From the NCBI GenBank assembly GCA_934085675.1, contig CAKOHH010000004.1, forward strand, positions 9,709 to 73,708: a stretch of 64,000 bases of DNA, given 5' to 3'. Positions within the stretch are counted from its first letter, which is position 1. Each line of letters begins with the position of its first letter. A program made the position numbers and the translations under genes. The notes beneath the pieces were generated by a model. It made no database searches. It was given only the letters and a program-made list of their open reading frames with translations, and was not told the origin of the DNA. The stretch is from an uncultured Bacilli bacterium. GTDB taxonomy: Bacteria > Bacillota_I > Bacilli_A > RF39 > UBA660. Shown here one piece after another: positions 49,230-58,686 of the stretch.

Positions 49230-50625
49230 TAGATTTTTATTGAAAGTGCACAATTAATGTGCAATAAGTTTAAGAAACATATATAATATCTTCTTAAGCA
49301 ATTTGTTTGTCATTAAGGAGGTATTGAAAATGACAAATTATTCTCATTTGTCTTATGAAGATAGAAGAAATATTGAAGATGGATTAAATGCAAATAAATC
49401 CATAAATCAAATTGCTAAAGAATTATGCAGAAATCATTCTACAATCTTAAGAGAAATAGATAGAAACAAAAAATATTCGGAACCATCAACCTGGAACAAT
49501 TATAAAATTACTCATCCGGATTTGGATTTGTCTTGTGAAAGATTAAAACATTCCCCTTATGTTTGTAATGGTTGTAAATCTAGAAGTGGCTGTCGAAAAA
49601 TTAGATGGACTTACTATGCTAGAGAATCTCAAAAATCATATGAAGAATTAATTAAATCTTGTAGACAAGGTGTTAATCTAACTTTAGAAGAAATACATGC
49701 TATTAACGAAACTATAACTCCTCTTGTCAAAAAAGGTCAGACAACTAATCATTTGTATATTAATCATCCTGATATTTTAGATTTCAGTAAAAGTTCTTTT
49801 TATCGTTATATTAAAGATGGAATTTTTGAATTTGGTCCTTTAGATTTTCCAAGAATTGTTAAATATTAAAAAAGAAAAAATTCAAGTCAAAGAAGAACAA
49901 GAAAAGAACGTGAAATACTGATTAATAGAAAATATACTGATTTTATCGAATTTATTTCTAACAATCCAGATTTAAATATTGTTGAAATGGATACTGTTGA
50001 AGGTCTACAAACAGAATCCGATTGTTTCCTTACATTACTTTGGAGAAAGTCTAAATTAATGCTTATATTTAAATTAGAATTCCAAATAACGGATGAAGTA
50101 ACAAGAATTTTTGAAACATTACAAGTTCTTATTCCTTTAGATATTTATAAAATATTTATTTCAAATCATTCTTACTGACAATGGTCACGAATTTTTTGAC
50201 GTTAGTAATATTGAATGTATCCATTCAACGGGTGAATATGTCACTCATCTATTTTTTTGTGATCCACATGCTTCTAGTCAGAAAGGAGCCATTGAAAAAA
50301 ATCATGAATTCATTAGATATATTTTACCTAAAGGTTCCTCTTTCAAAAATATTACTCAGGAAGACTGTCATCTAATTATGAATACTATTAATTCATTATG
50401 TAGAGATTCATTGAATGGTAAATCACCTTATGAAGCAATGCTATTTTTATGTAGTGAAGATAATTAAAATTATTAAATTGTTATTATATTGAACCTGATA
50501 ACGTTAATTTAACAAATAATTTATAAAAGCAAAAATAATTATGGCTCAAACTATAATTATTCCTACGACAAACAAGTTGCCAAAAATCCAATAATTTGTT
50601 TTATGTAGGCGTTGTGCACTTAGTT
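49230..50625 (+). mobile_element. IS30-family insertion sequence, decayed
   Basis: Contains a disrupted IS30-type transposase gene, flanked by imperfect inverted ends sharing agtgcacaa (49240s and reverse complement at about 50600). Confidence 0.55.
49303..50470 (+). pseudogene. IS30-family transposase, disrupted by a stop and at least one frameshift
   Basis: ORF1 carries the IS30 N-terminal HTH (LSYEDRRNIEDGLNANKSINQIAKELCRNHSTILREIDRN). Later frames carry DTVEG...LLTLLWRKSK and TDNGHEFF...KSPYEAM (DDE region) split across frames. Confidence 0.6.
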
Positions 50626-50770
50626 TTAAAAATGTCACAATTCCTGCAATTTTTTGACGTGGAACTAAAGTTCTTTGTCGACATATAATATATCACATTT
50701 TTTAATTTTTATTACTTTAACGACTTAAAAAAGTGCATTTTCTTATGAGAATACACATTTTATACACATT

Positions 50771-51860
50771 TTGAGTCGTAATGCACATAATTATGCACTT
50801 TATTTAGAATTCAACGGTGTATATAAAACTAAAGATGGTAAGATATGGTTTTATAAGACTCAATATGAAGATATTGATGGAACTCATAAAACTAAGAAAT
50901 CAGGTATATATACAACTAAAAAAGAAGCAGAAAATGCTGAGTTTGAATTTAAATTAAAAATATGAGAATATGAGAATATGAGAATACCAATAATGTGACT
51001 TTTGAAGAAATGATTAGAATGTTTATTGATTTTAGAAAAGATAAAGTTAAGGAAAACACATTATATGTGTTATAACAATAAATTACCTTATTTAAAATCA
51101 CTATATAAAGTTAAACTTAAAGATTTTAACTACCCTCCTTTTGAAAGATGGCATGATGAAATAAATAGTACTCATCTTGCTACAAGAACTAAGAATAACA
51201 TTTATAAAATATTAAAAACTATTTTAAATTATGCTACTGCATGGCATGATTTTATCTTTGCTAAGGCATATCCTAAAATGTATAACTTTAATGATCCTAA
51301 TGAATTCCCTAAAGAACAATTATTTTTTACTTACGAGGAATTCAGATAATTTTTCTCCGTTGAAACTGATATCAAATGGGTCGGCATTTTTGAAATATTA
51401 TATTACTGTAGATTAAGACGTGGTGAACTTAGAGGATTACAATGAAAAGATATCTATTTTAAAGATAGAACATTAAGTATATCCAAACAAATTAATGACC
51501 GCTGTGGATCCGTTAAAAATTGGTGATTCTCAGTTTCAAAAACTAAAAGTAGTAATAAGAATATTAAAGATGCCACAAGCCCTCGCAAGCGACCTTAAAG
51601 CAATGAAAAACAAGGCAGAAAAGATACCTAGATTCAATGATAATTTCTTTGTCGCAGGAGATATGCTTCCTGTATGTAGCAATACACTTACTAATCATAA
51701 AAATGCTAATTGTAAATTAGCTAATGTTAAACAGATTCGATTACATGATTTCAGACATTCTTGTGCATCTCTTCTGGTTAATAAAGTTGCTAATGTTCAT
51801 GTTGTAGCAAAATACTTAGGACATACAAAAGTTGAAGAAACATTAAAAACTTATTAACAA
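50771..51860 (+). pseudogene. tyrosine recombinase/phage integrase, decayed (multiple frameshifts, TGG to TGA, lost C-terminal Tyr motif)
   Basis: The N-terminal arm-binding-like ORF, the core-binding segment (VTFEEMIRMFIDFRKDKVKENT..., KLKDF...WHDEIN) and the catalytic C-terminus (IRLHDFRHSCASLLV...AKYLGHTKVEETLKTY*) lie in three different frames. GLQ(TGA)KDIY sits where the W of GL.W.D is expected. Confidence 0.65.
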
Positions 51861-51948
51861 CTATTTACAAGTACTTTGGACGAAGTAGTTGCCATAATAG
51901 ATAATTTAGATAATTATAAAACCGATGATAATTAGTCACCGGTTATTT

Positions 51949-53388
51949 TTATACTTTAGACACTATTAAACTTGTTTTTTCTTGAAGTACATTTAAAAAT
52001 TCTTTGTGTGCATGTTCATAACATTTTAATGCTCTAATTATATCTGCATCTGTTATTGGTAAAATCAAACCATGCTCATCTAAGTAGGTATCTGCACAAC
52101 TATTAATAAACTTATCATACTTTTCAATTGTCCTACACGATAATATACCAATTTGTCCTCTTCTGGTGCTAAATCTTCCAAGCAATTGATCTAATTCTGG
52201 ATTCTGTGGATCATTTTTATAGTTTTTACATTCGACTATTATTTGTAGGCTTGTCATCTTAATCTTATCTGATATTACTGCAAAATAGCCCTCTTCAGCT
52301 ATATTGGAAAAAATAATATCAATTCTTTTTCTTCCCTCATGGATTTTTTCCTCTTTTCGTGGATTAGATAAATCTGGATAAGTTAAGAACTCATATATTC
52401 CTATCATTAAGTTATGATAATCAGAAGCACTATCTGTTCCAACTGGAATGGACTTTAATTTTTCTATCATAAAATTAGATACATCTTCATAATTAACCTC
52501 AGTCAATAGTTCTCCATTCATACAATTAGTATTCTTGTTTTTACTCTTAAAATCATTAAAAATTTCTGGGTGTTTAACTGTAAAATCCAAGATATATTTT
52601 TTATCCATTACTGGTTCTTTTTCAATAATAGACTTTTTTGTAACATATCTTTCTTTTGTTGTTTTTCTAATTTTTACCAAAGATGTTTCGTTTTCAATAT
52701 TTTCCTTTTGTAAAAAGTTTAAAATAAAATGTTGTCTATATTTTGATGGTGTATATGTTTCACAGAAGCTTATAATTGATTTTGGTACTAATAATACAGG
52801 TGTATTATCTACTACCAACCTATCAATATATTTGTTTTCCCATTTGTGGGTTTCCATATTCCAACAATACCCTGATGGTACATTTTTAGTAAGAAGAATA
52901 TTATTTAACTCACATTGTTCAATTGTATATTCTAAGAGTTTTATTCTGATAATATTTGTTATTAAATCTGACAATTTATCTCTGTCTATATTTTCAATAA
53001 ACATTCTCAAATCCTCAATATTTTCTAATACACCATATTCTATAGCCTTACTATTCTTTAATTGTGTAAAAATATCCAAGGTACCACTTTGTCCAATACC
53101 TTTCCCTCTTGATTTATTCTTTGATAATCCAAGATGTGTTTCATTTACTTCGCCTATTCTGGTACAAATCATTCTTGCTTTATCATCCATATTGTTTTTT
53201 AACAAACCAATTAAATATGAGAAGAAATCTTGTAACAAGTCGTTACATGCCACTGTAAAATCAGAGTTACATTTTGCTATTAACGTTGAATCAACAAATA
53301 AAGGAATATCTTTTTCAGTATCAATATTTACAAAATCTAATTCTAATTGTGTTTTATTCAAATTATAAATATTACTAATTGTTGCCAT
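51949..53388 (-). CDS. hypothetical protein with a C-terminal PD-(D/E)xK nuclease-like domain
   Basis: 479 aa; the C-terminal ~130 aa show GRKRIDIIFSN...LQIIVECKNYKN...QIGILSC, consistent with a restriction-endonuclease-like D...(D/E)xK core; the N-terminal 340 aa are unassigned. Confidence 0.5.
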   Translation of the reverse strand: MATISNIYNLNKTQLELDFVNIDTEKDIPLFVDSTLIAKCNSDFTVACNDLLQDFFSYLIGLLKNNMDDKARMICTRIGEVNETHLGLSKNKSRGKGIGQSGTLDIFTQLKNSKAIEYGVLENIEDLRMFIENIDRDKLSDLITNIIRIKLLEYTIEQCELNNILLTKNVPSGYCWNMETHKWENKYIDRLVVDNTPVLLVPKSIISFCETYTPSKYRQHFILNFLQKENIENETSLVKIRKTTKERYVTKKSIIEKEPVMDKKYILDFTVKHPEIFNDFKSKNKNTNCMNGELLTEVNYEDVSNFMIEKLKSIPVGTDSASDYHNLMIGIYEFLTYPDLSNPRKEEKIHEGRKRIDIIFSNIAEEGYFAVISDKIKMTSLQIIVECKNYKNDPQNPELDQLLGRFSTRRGQIGILSCRTIEKYDKFINSCADTYLDEHGLILPITDADIIRALKCYEHAHKEFLNVLQEKTSLIVSKV

Positions 53389-53389
53389 A

Positions 53390-54016
53390 TTACCTCACTT
53401 TTGACCACTGACAATCATCATCTTCTGGAATTTGATCTATACTAGTAGGTCTTATTATTTCATTAACTTTATATAGTTCCATTAACATATCCTTAGTTTC
53501 TTCAATGGAAATATTAAAATTATTAGCAATTTCTTTAGTAGTAGTAGCATAATTCATACAAATATATTTATATATTTCATCTAAATTAACTATACTTGAA
53601 CTAATTAACTGTGATTCCCCTGTTTCTAAATAATTCAAAAAATTAAGTGTATTGATTATGCAATTGACAACATATAAAGATTCCTCATTTGATAAAACAT
53701 TATTATCATGTGCATAACTTTTATTATTTCTTATATCATTAAACTTTTCAAAAATGGATATAGATTGTTTTAATGCTTGAATACTAAATTCACTAATTTG
53801 ATTTTCACTTGAATAATACTTTATTAGCATGCCCATTAAACTATGTAAAGGTAGTCCTTCATTTTTATCATTTAAAATATCAATATTATGCAATAAACAA
53901 TAACTTCTAATTTTTTTGATAGTAAAAGTATGTAATCGATCTAATGCAAGTACCGCTTCACCATCTGCTAAAGATTTTCTTATGTCTTTCTTTAATTTTT
54001 CCAATTGTGCATCCAT
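53390..54016 (-). CDS. HEPN-motif protein with a C-terminal winged-helix-like domain
   Basis: 208 aa; DIRNNKSYAHDNN gives an R-x6-H HEPN-type motif within a helical N-domain; the C-terminal YATTTKEIANNFNISIEETKDMLMELYK looks like a wHTH. Its stop overlaps the start of 51949..53388. Confidence 0.5.
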   Translation of the reverse strand: MDAQLEKLKKDIRKSLADGEAVLALDRLHTFTIKKIRSYCLLHNIDILNDKNEGLPLHSLMGMLIKYYSSENQISEFSIQALKQSISIFEKFNDIRNNKSYAHDNNVLSNEESLYVVNCIINTLNFLNYLETGESQLISSSIVNLDEIYKYICMNYATTTKEIANNFNISIEETKDMLMELYKVNEIIRPTSIDQIPEDDDCQWSKVR

Positions 54017-54032
54017 GTAATATCCTCCTTAT

Positions 54033-54052
54033 AAAAGAAAAAATTCTATACT
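54033..54052. promoter_or_regulatory. 20-bp perfect palindrome (candidate operator) just upstream of the HEPN operon RBS
   Basis: ctatactttaaattgtatag is a perfect palindrome, about 10 nt upstream of the aaggagga RBS of 53390..54016. Confidence 0.35.
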
Positions 54053-54193
54053 TTAAATTGTATAGAACTCTATGATTACATTATACTACTTTATCTCTCA
54101 AATGTCTGCAATAATCATGCAATTTTAACAAAAATTGTTCCCGAGTTGTTCCCAAGAATTATTTTCAATTTTACATATGCCCGCAAACCCTTA

Positions 54194-54224
54194 TAAAATG
54201 GGCATAAAAAATGAGAGCACGGTT
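54194..54224 (-). terminator. rho-independent terminator for 54387..55244
   Basis: Minus sense gagagcatttaaccgtgctctc followed by attttttat. Confidence 0.5.
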
Positions 54225-54386
54225 AAATGCTCTCTTCAGGGGGAAAATTATACCCTGATTTTTTGTCATATTTTTCATTATTATTGATTTATCACTTGCT
54301 ATATTTCTCGTAAATAGCCCTATTTTACCTATCAAGACCTATGTAATTGTTCCCCATTTGTTTCCAAAAAAGCCATTACATATTAG

Positions 54387-55244
54387 TTATTTACTACCCA
54401 ATATATCTGCTATTATCACTTTATATTTACTTTTGTTTATTTGACAATCTAATGCTTTAGTTAATTCTTTTATATCTTCTTCAACTAAGTCTTTTTTATC
54501 TATTAAAGTTTCATATACTACTTTTATCTTTTCTTGATTTTCGATTATGTATTTATTATTTGTATCATAATAGAAATATCTTTTAATAAAACTTTTGCTA
54601 TCTTTTACATCATTGATATAGTAAGTAATATTCATCATATTTACATATGTACATAAATCTATTAAATTTAAATCAAACTTGCTTTCGTCATTACCTATTT
54701 TTTTATTTAGAAAATTTAAATACATATATTCTATTACTAACATCATATATTTTAGATTCCCTAACAAATAGTTTTTATACTTAAATGTTTTGTTCATGTA
54801 CGATACAAGTTCTTTTAGACTACATGGATGAATAATTTTGCAAAGGTATTTATATATATTATTGAAATCTTCTGGTTCAAAATAATCTGTAAATATTAAA
54901 CTGCAATTTTCTACTAATACTTTACGTAATTCTCCTGATGATGTATCTAAAGTAGTTTTGATTTTTTTGTCATATGAAGTTGCAATTATATAAATAATAT
55001 TTTCATACAATGTTCTTAACACTGTAGCAGCATTTAATAAATCCTGTCTATTAATTAATTCATTTACCAATTCAAAATCTACTTTCACCTTTTCATATGT
55101 AGGTTTTGAATTTGTATATTTACTTATCTTTTTAAATTCAAAACAATCAATTTCGTCACTAAAAACATAGTTAGCACAATTTAATAATTTCATACATTTC
55201 TTGTAATCCTTCATCTTCTTAATAAACAAACTTGCATTAGCCAT
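54387..55244 (-). CDS. hypothetical protein
   Basis: 285 aa with a good RBS (aaagaggtgaaatt); Tyr/Asn/Lys-rich, no recognisable domain. Confidence 0.45.
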   Translation of the reverse strand: MANASLFIKKMKDYKKCMKLLNCANYVFSDEIDCFEFKKISKYTNSKPTYEKVKVDFELVNELINRQDLLNAATVLRTLYENIIYIIATSYDKKIKTTLDTSSGELRKVLVENCSLIFTDYFEPEDFNNIYKYLCKIIHPCSLKELVSYMNKTFKYKNYLLGNLKYMMLVIEYMYLNFLNKKIGNDESKFDLNLIDLCTYVNMMNITYYINDVKDSKSFIKRYFYYDTNNKYIIENQEKIKVVYETLIDKKDLVEEDIKELTKALDCQINKSKYKVIIADILGSK

Positions 55245-55276
55245 AATTTCACCTCTTTTAAGTATCTATTATACAC

Positions 55277-55302
55277 TAAAAAAGCCTGGATTTTACCAGG
55301 CT
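55277..55302 (-). terminator. rho-independent terminator for 55417..56562
   Basis: Minus sense gaagcctggtaaaatccaggctttttt. Confidence 0.6.
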
Positions 55303-55416
55303 TCTAATTATTACAGGTCAAAGACATAAAACCAAAATGACACAATGACGTATTGTTTGTGAGACCCCTACTCTCACTTTTTATGTCATAGTGTCACTTC
55401 CTATTTATATATTTGA

Positions 55417-56562
55417 TTAATCATTATTTTTTTTGCTATTAAAATCTATTTTTAATATTTTATATTTATCATTTTTTAAAATATTAATATCATTAGTCGG
55501 AAAAATTTTAGATTGCTCATTACCAAACAATGAATTTAACATAATTTTTTTCACTTCTAGATAATGCTTTCTTTCAGCAATAGAGTTATTTATCGTAAAT
55601 GTCACAAAATCACCATTGGCATCATCTAAATCTTTTATATCAATGCCTTGTATTATATCTTGATATATTTCATTAGAAATACCATCATAATAAGCAAGTG
55701 TTTTATCAATACCTAACTGTCTTGCTACATAATATAAAATATCTGTTTCAGTCATTATACTATCCGCATTTTCCATATAACTATGAACTTGTTCAATCAT
55801 ATCATTGTATCTTTTTCTCTCTTCTTGTTCATTATAATTTTCCCAATTATTAATTACATCTGATATTTTATCTGAAAAATCTGATAATAATTCAATATGC
55901 GTACTTATATATGAAGATAACATATGATCATACATACCAAGAAAATTTATCATATAATTATTTATTCCTTGTAATTCAATATCTTTAGCATTTTTAAATT
56001 TACTATGTAATAATTGTTCAAGATTAATATCGTATTCAATAAATATAGCCTCAATAGTTTTTTTTGCAAAATATTTTATAACAATATCACTTGAGTTATA
56101 TAGATCAAACATATACAAAAAACCCATTCCTACTTCTCTAGAATAATCATCATCATTTTGTTTAGCCTTACATATTTCTATTCCTAATCTTTTACTAAAG
56201 AAAATAGTGTCAACTATCATTTTATATTTTGTAGCTTTTTCATTATCTTTCTTTAATGTTAAATCTAACATAATTAAAGCCAATTCTATTCTTTCTAATG
56301 AGTCACCTACCTCCTTTAAATATTTATCTGCAATATCTGTAATAAATTTTAAGTCGTTATTATAGGCTAAAACCATAAATTTGACCATTTCATAATCTTT
56401 TTTTACTTTTTCAGAACATAAATTATAGATTTTTTTATCATTTGTTTCTTTTATAACTTGAATCATAAAATCTTTATCATCTTCTAATTCTTCTATTTGA
56501 TAATTTTTGATATCTTCACCTTTAATATATTTATTAATCAATTCTTTACTATATTTTTTCAT
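55417..56562 (-). CDS. hypothetical acidic protein
   Basis: 381 aa; 15 bp downstream of the sigma-like gene, so probably cotranscribed with it; no motif recognised. Confidence 0.45.
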   Translation of the reverse strand: MKKYSKELINKYIKGEDIKNYQIEELEDDKDFMIQVIKETNDKKIYNLCSEKVKKDYEMVKFMVLAYNNDLKFITDIADKYLKEVGDSLERIELALIMLDLTLKKDNEKATKYKMIVDTIFFSKRLGIEICKAKQNDDDYSREVGMGFLYMFDLYNSSDIVIKYFAKKTIEAIFIEYDINLEQLLHSKFKNAKDIELQGINNYMINFLGMYDHMLSSYISTHIELLSDFSDKISDVINNWENYNEQEERKRYNDMIEQVHSYMENADSIMTETDILYYVARQLGIDKTLAYYDGISNEIYQDIIQGIDIKDLDDANGDFVTFTINNSIAERKHYLEVKKIMLNSLFGNEQSKIFPTNDINILKNDKYKILKIDFNSKKNND

Positions 56563-56577
56563 TATAAAATCCTCCTA

Positions 56578-57507
56578 TCATATATAGTTCCTGATTTTTG
56601 CACTTCTTCTTAAATATCTTAATGATTTTGCTTCTATTTGTCCTACTCTTAATTTTGTTAAACTATGTCTCTTCCCAACCATTTCCAACGTTTCAGGTTT
56701 TCCACTATCTAATCCAAATCTTTCATGAATAATAGATTTTTTTCTTTCATCAATAAGTACACTATCAACATCTTTTTTAAACTTTTCATTATAAATTTTT
56801 TCAATTACTTTATCTTCATAATTTATCTCATCCTTAAAGTTATTATTTAATCTATCAAACATACCAATATTAATAATAACTCTAATAAATTCATATATTT
56901 TTGTTTTTGCTATATTTAAAGTACATTCGTTTTTTATATTTAAATTTGTATAAATTTTATCTAATAATGGAATTACATTTTCAACATCTATAGTACGATA
57001 ACAGAACCAGTTGTTATATTCTTTACATTTTGATATAAAATCATTAGCATTAAAATTTTTTCCACTATTTTTTAAATAGATATAACTGCTCAATAAAGCA
57101 ATTAAACACTCAGTAGAAATACCAAACTGCTCTTTAATCACTATTTCATCCCCACATAATTTTTTATATACTTCGCTAAAAAATGAAGTTGTAAAAATAT
57201 TTGAAAAACTGTCAACTTTTAATAAATCGCCATTATATATTTTATTAATCCAAACTTCATTAAAAGAACTAATAATATCATCCATATCAAATGAAAAAGA
57301 ACAAAACATTTCAATATCATTTCTTTTTATATAATCATAAACAACATAAAGTGTTCCTAATATGATTTTATCCATATATATTTTTTTAATATTAATATCA
57401 CTAGACATATTAGCTTTCTTGTATAATTCTTTTGTTTCTTCAATCTTTAATCTTTCAATTGAAGATATTTTTTTTTGCCATTTTTCTAATTTACTAATGT
57501 TCTTCAT
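56578..57507 (-). CDS. divergent sigma-70 family RNA polymerase sigma factor
   Basis: 309 aa. The C-terminal ERFGLDSGKPETLEMVGKRHSLTKLRVGQIEAKSLRYLRR is a clear sigma-70 region 4. The N-terminal KIYMDKIILGTLYVVYDYIKR...DMDDIISSFNEVWINKIY resembles region 2. Confidence 0.6.
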   Translation of the reverse strand: MKNISKLEKWQKKISSIERLKIEETKELYKKANMSSDINIKKIYMDKIILGTLYVVYDYIKRNDIEMFCSFSFDMDDIISSFNEVWINKIYNGDLLKVDSFSNIFTTSFFSEVYKKLCGDEIVIKEQFGISTECLIALLSSYIYLKNSGKNFNANDFISKCKEYNNWFCYRTIDVENVIPLLDKIYTNLNIKNECTLNIAKTKIYEFIRVIINIGMFDRLNNNFKDEINYEDKVIEKIYNEKFKKDVDSVLIDERKKSIIHERFGLDSGKPETLEMVGKRHSLTKLRVGQIEAKSLRYLRRSAKIRNYI

Positions 57508-57779
57508 TATAAACTCCCCCCTATTTTGTTTTACTAATTTTTTAATTTTTCTTTGACTTTTTATACATCCAAAATAACAATCATTATCTTCAAATACATT
57601 AATTTTATTAAATTTTTTTCCTAATGAATCATAAAATTGTTTGTATAAAAGTAGTATATATTTTGAAATAATTTTTCCCCCTTTCAGAAATCACTAGTAT
57701 TATATGTCAAAATGTGATATAGTTAAAATATATATTTTTTATGTCATATATAACTATTGGTTATAAAAGGAGAATTCAT

Positions 57780-58682
57780 ATGAATGTAAATTTAGAATTA
57801 TATAAAGTATTTTATTACGTTGCAAAAAATAAAAGTATCACTCGTGCAGCAAATGAATTATCTATTAGTCAACCCGCTATAAGTAAATCTATAAAAACAC
57901 TAGAGGAGCAAATTAATACTCAACTATTCATCAGAAAAAGAGATGGTGTTTCTTTGACAGAAACAGGGAATACAATATATAAAAAAATCAAAGAAGCTAT
58001 GGAACTTATTGATTCAGCAGAAAATGATTTAAAATCATTAACAAATTTGGAATATGGTACTATTAATATCGGAGCTAGTAAAACAATAATACATGAATTT
58101 TTAATGCCATATATCAAATCTTTTCATAAAGACTACCCAAATATAAATATTAGAATATTCACCGATAAAACCTCCGATTTAATTAAAAAGTCAAAAATGG
58201 GATTAATAGATGTTATTTTTACTAATATGCCATTTAATCTACCAAGCGAATTTGAATCAATAAATGTAATGAACCTGCATGATTGTTTTGTAGCAAATCA
58301 AAATTTTAATTATCTAAAAAATAAAGTAATAGATAAAGATTCATTTCAAAAATTACCTTTATTAATACTAACTAAGGGAGCAACCAATAGAATTAGATTA
58401 GATGATTACTGTTCCAGCAATAATATGATTATAAAGCCTGAAATGGAATTTGGAAGTAATACACTAATTAAAGAATTCGCTATAGCCGGATTTGGAATTG
58501 GAATGTTAACAGAAGAACATGTTAAAGGAGAAATTAATAATGGTGATTTATTTAAATTAAATATAAATTTTAAATTAAAAGATAAATATTTAGGATTAAT
58601 CTATAATAAGGATAATTTAAATTTGGTATCAAAAAAATTCATAAAATACATCAAAAAAAATACTGCTGATAAAAATCAATAG
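57780..58682 (+). CDS. LysR family transcriptional regulator
   Basis: The N-terminal HTH (LELYKVFYYVAKNKSITRAANELSISQPAISKSIKTLEEQI) and the LysR substrate-binding domain are both present. Start chosen at the ATG at 57780 preceded by aaaggag; the ORF track extends to 57741. Confidence 0.8.
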   Translation: MNVNLELYKVFYYVAKNKSITRAANELSISQPAISKSIKTLEEQINTQLFIRKRDGVSLTETGNTIYKKIKEAMELIDSAENDLKSLTNLEYGTINIGASKTIIHEFLMPYIKSFHKDYPNINIRIFTDKTSDLIKKSKMGLIDVIFTNMPFNLPSEFESINVMNLHDCFVANQNFNYLKNKVIDKDSFQKLPLLILTKGATNRIRLDDYCSSNNMIIKPEMEFGSNTLIKEFAIAGFGIGMLTEEHVKGEINNGDLFKLNINFKLKDKYLGLIYNKDNLNLVSKKFIKYIKKNTADKNQ

Positions 58683-58686
58683 TATT

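Noticed and set aside
52535-53368. 277-aa plus-strand ORF antisense to the PD-(D/E)xK gene (and similar antisense ORFs at 10716, 17129, 18223, 21612, 24238, 24820, 35002, 37146, 38594, 44142, 48215, 57362 and 57920)
   Set aside because: These are low-complexity, Phe/Ile/Leu-rich translations of the AT-rich antisense strand of well-supported genes, with no RBS. They are frame artefacts.
54100-54260. Cluster of three consecutive hairpins (atgccc...gggcat, gagagc...gctctc, caggg...ccctg) as a possible retron msr/msd or ToxI-like ncRNA
   Set aside because: There are no tandem direct repeats, no reverse transcriptase and no endoribonuclease toxin nearby. The middle hairpin followed by a U run in minus sense is a good intrinsic terminator for 54387..55244, and the rest fits a terminator/promoter spacer.
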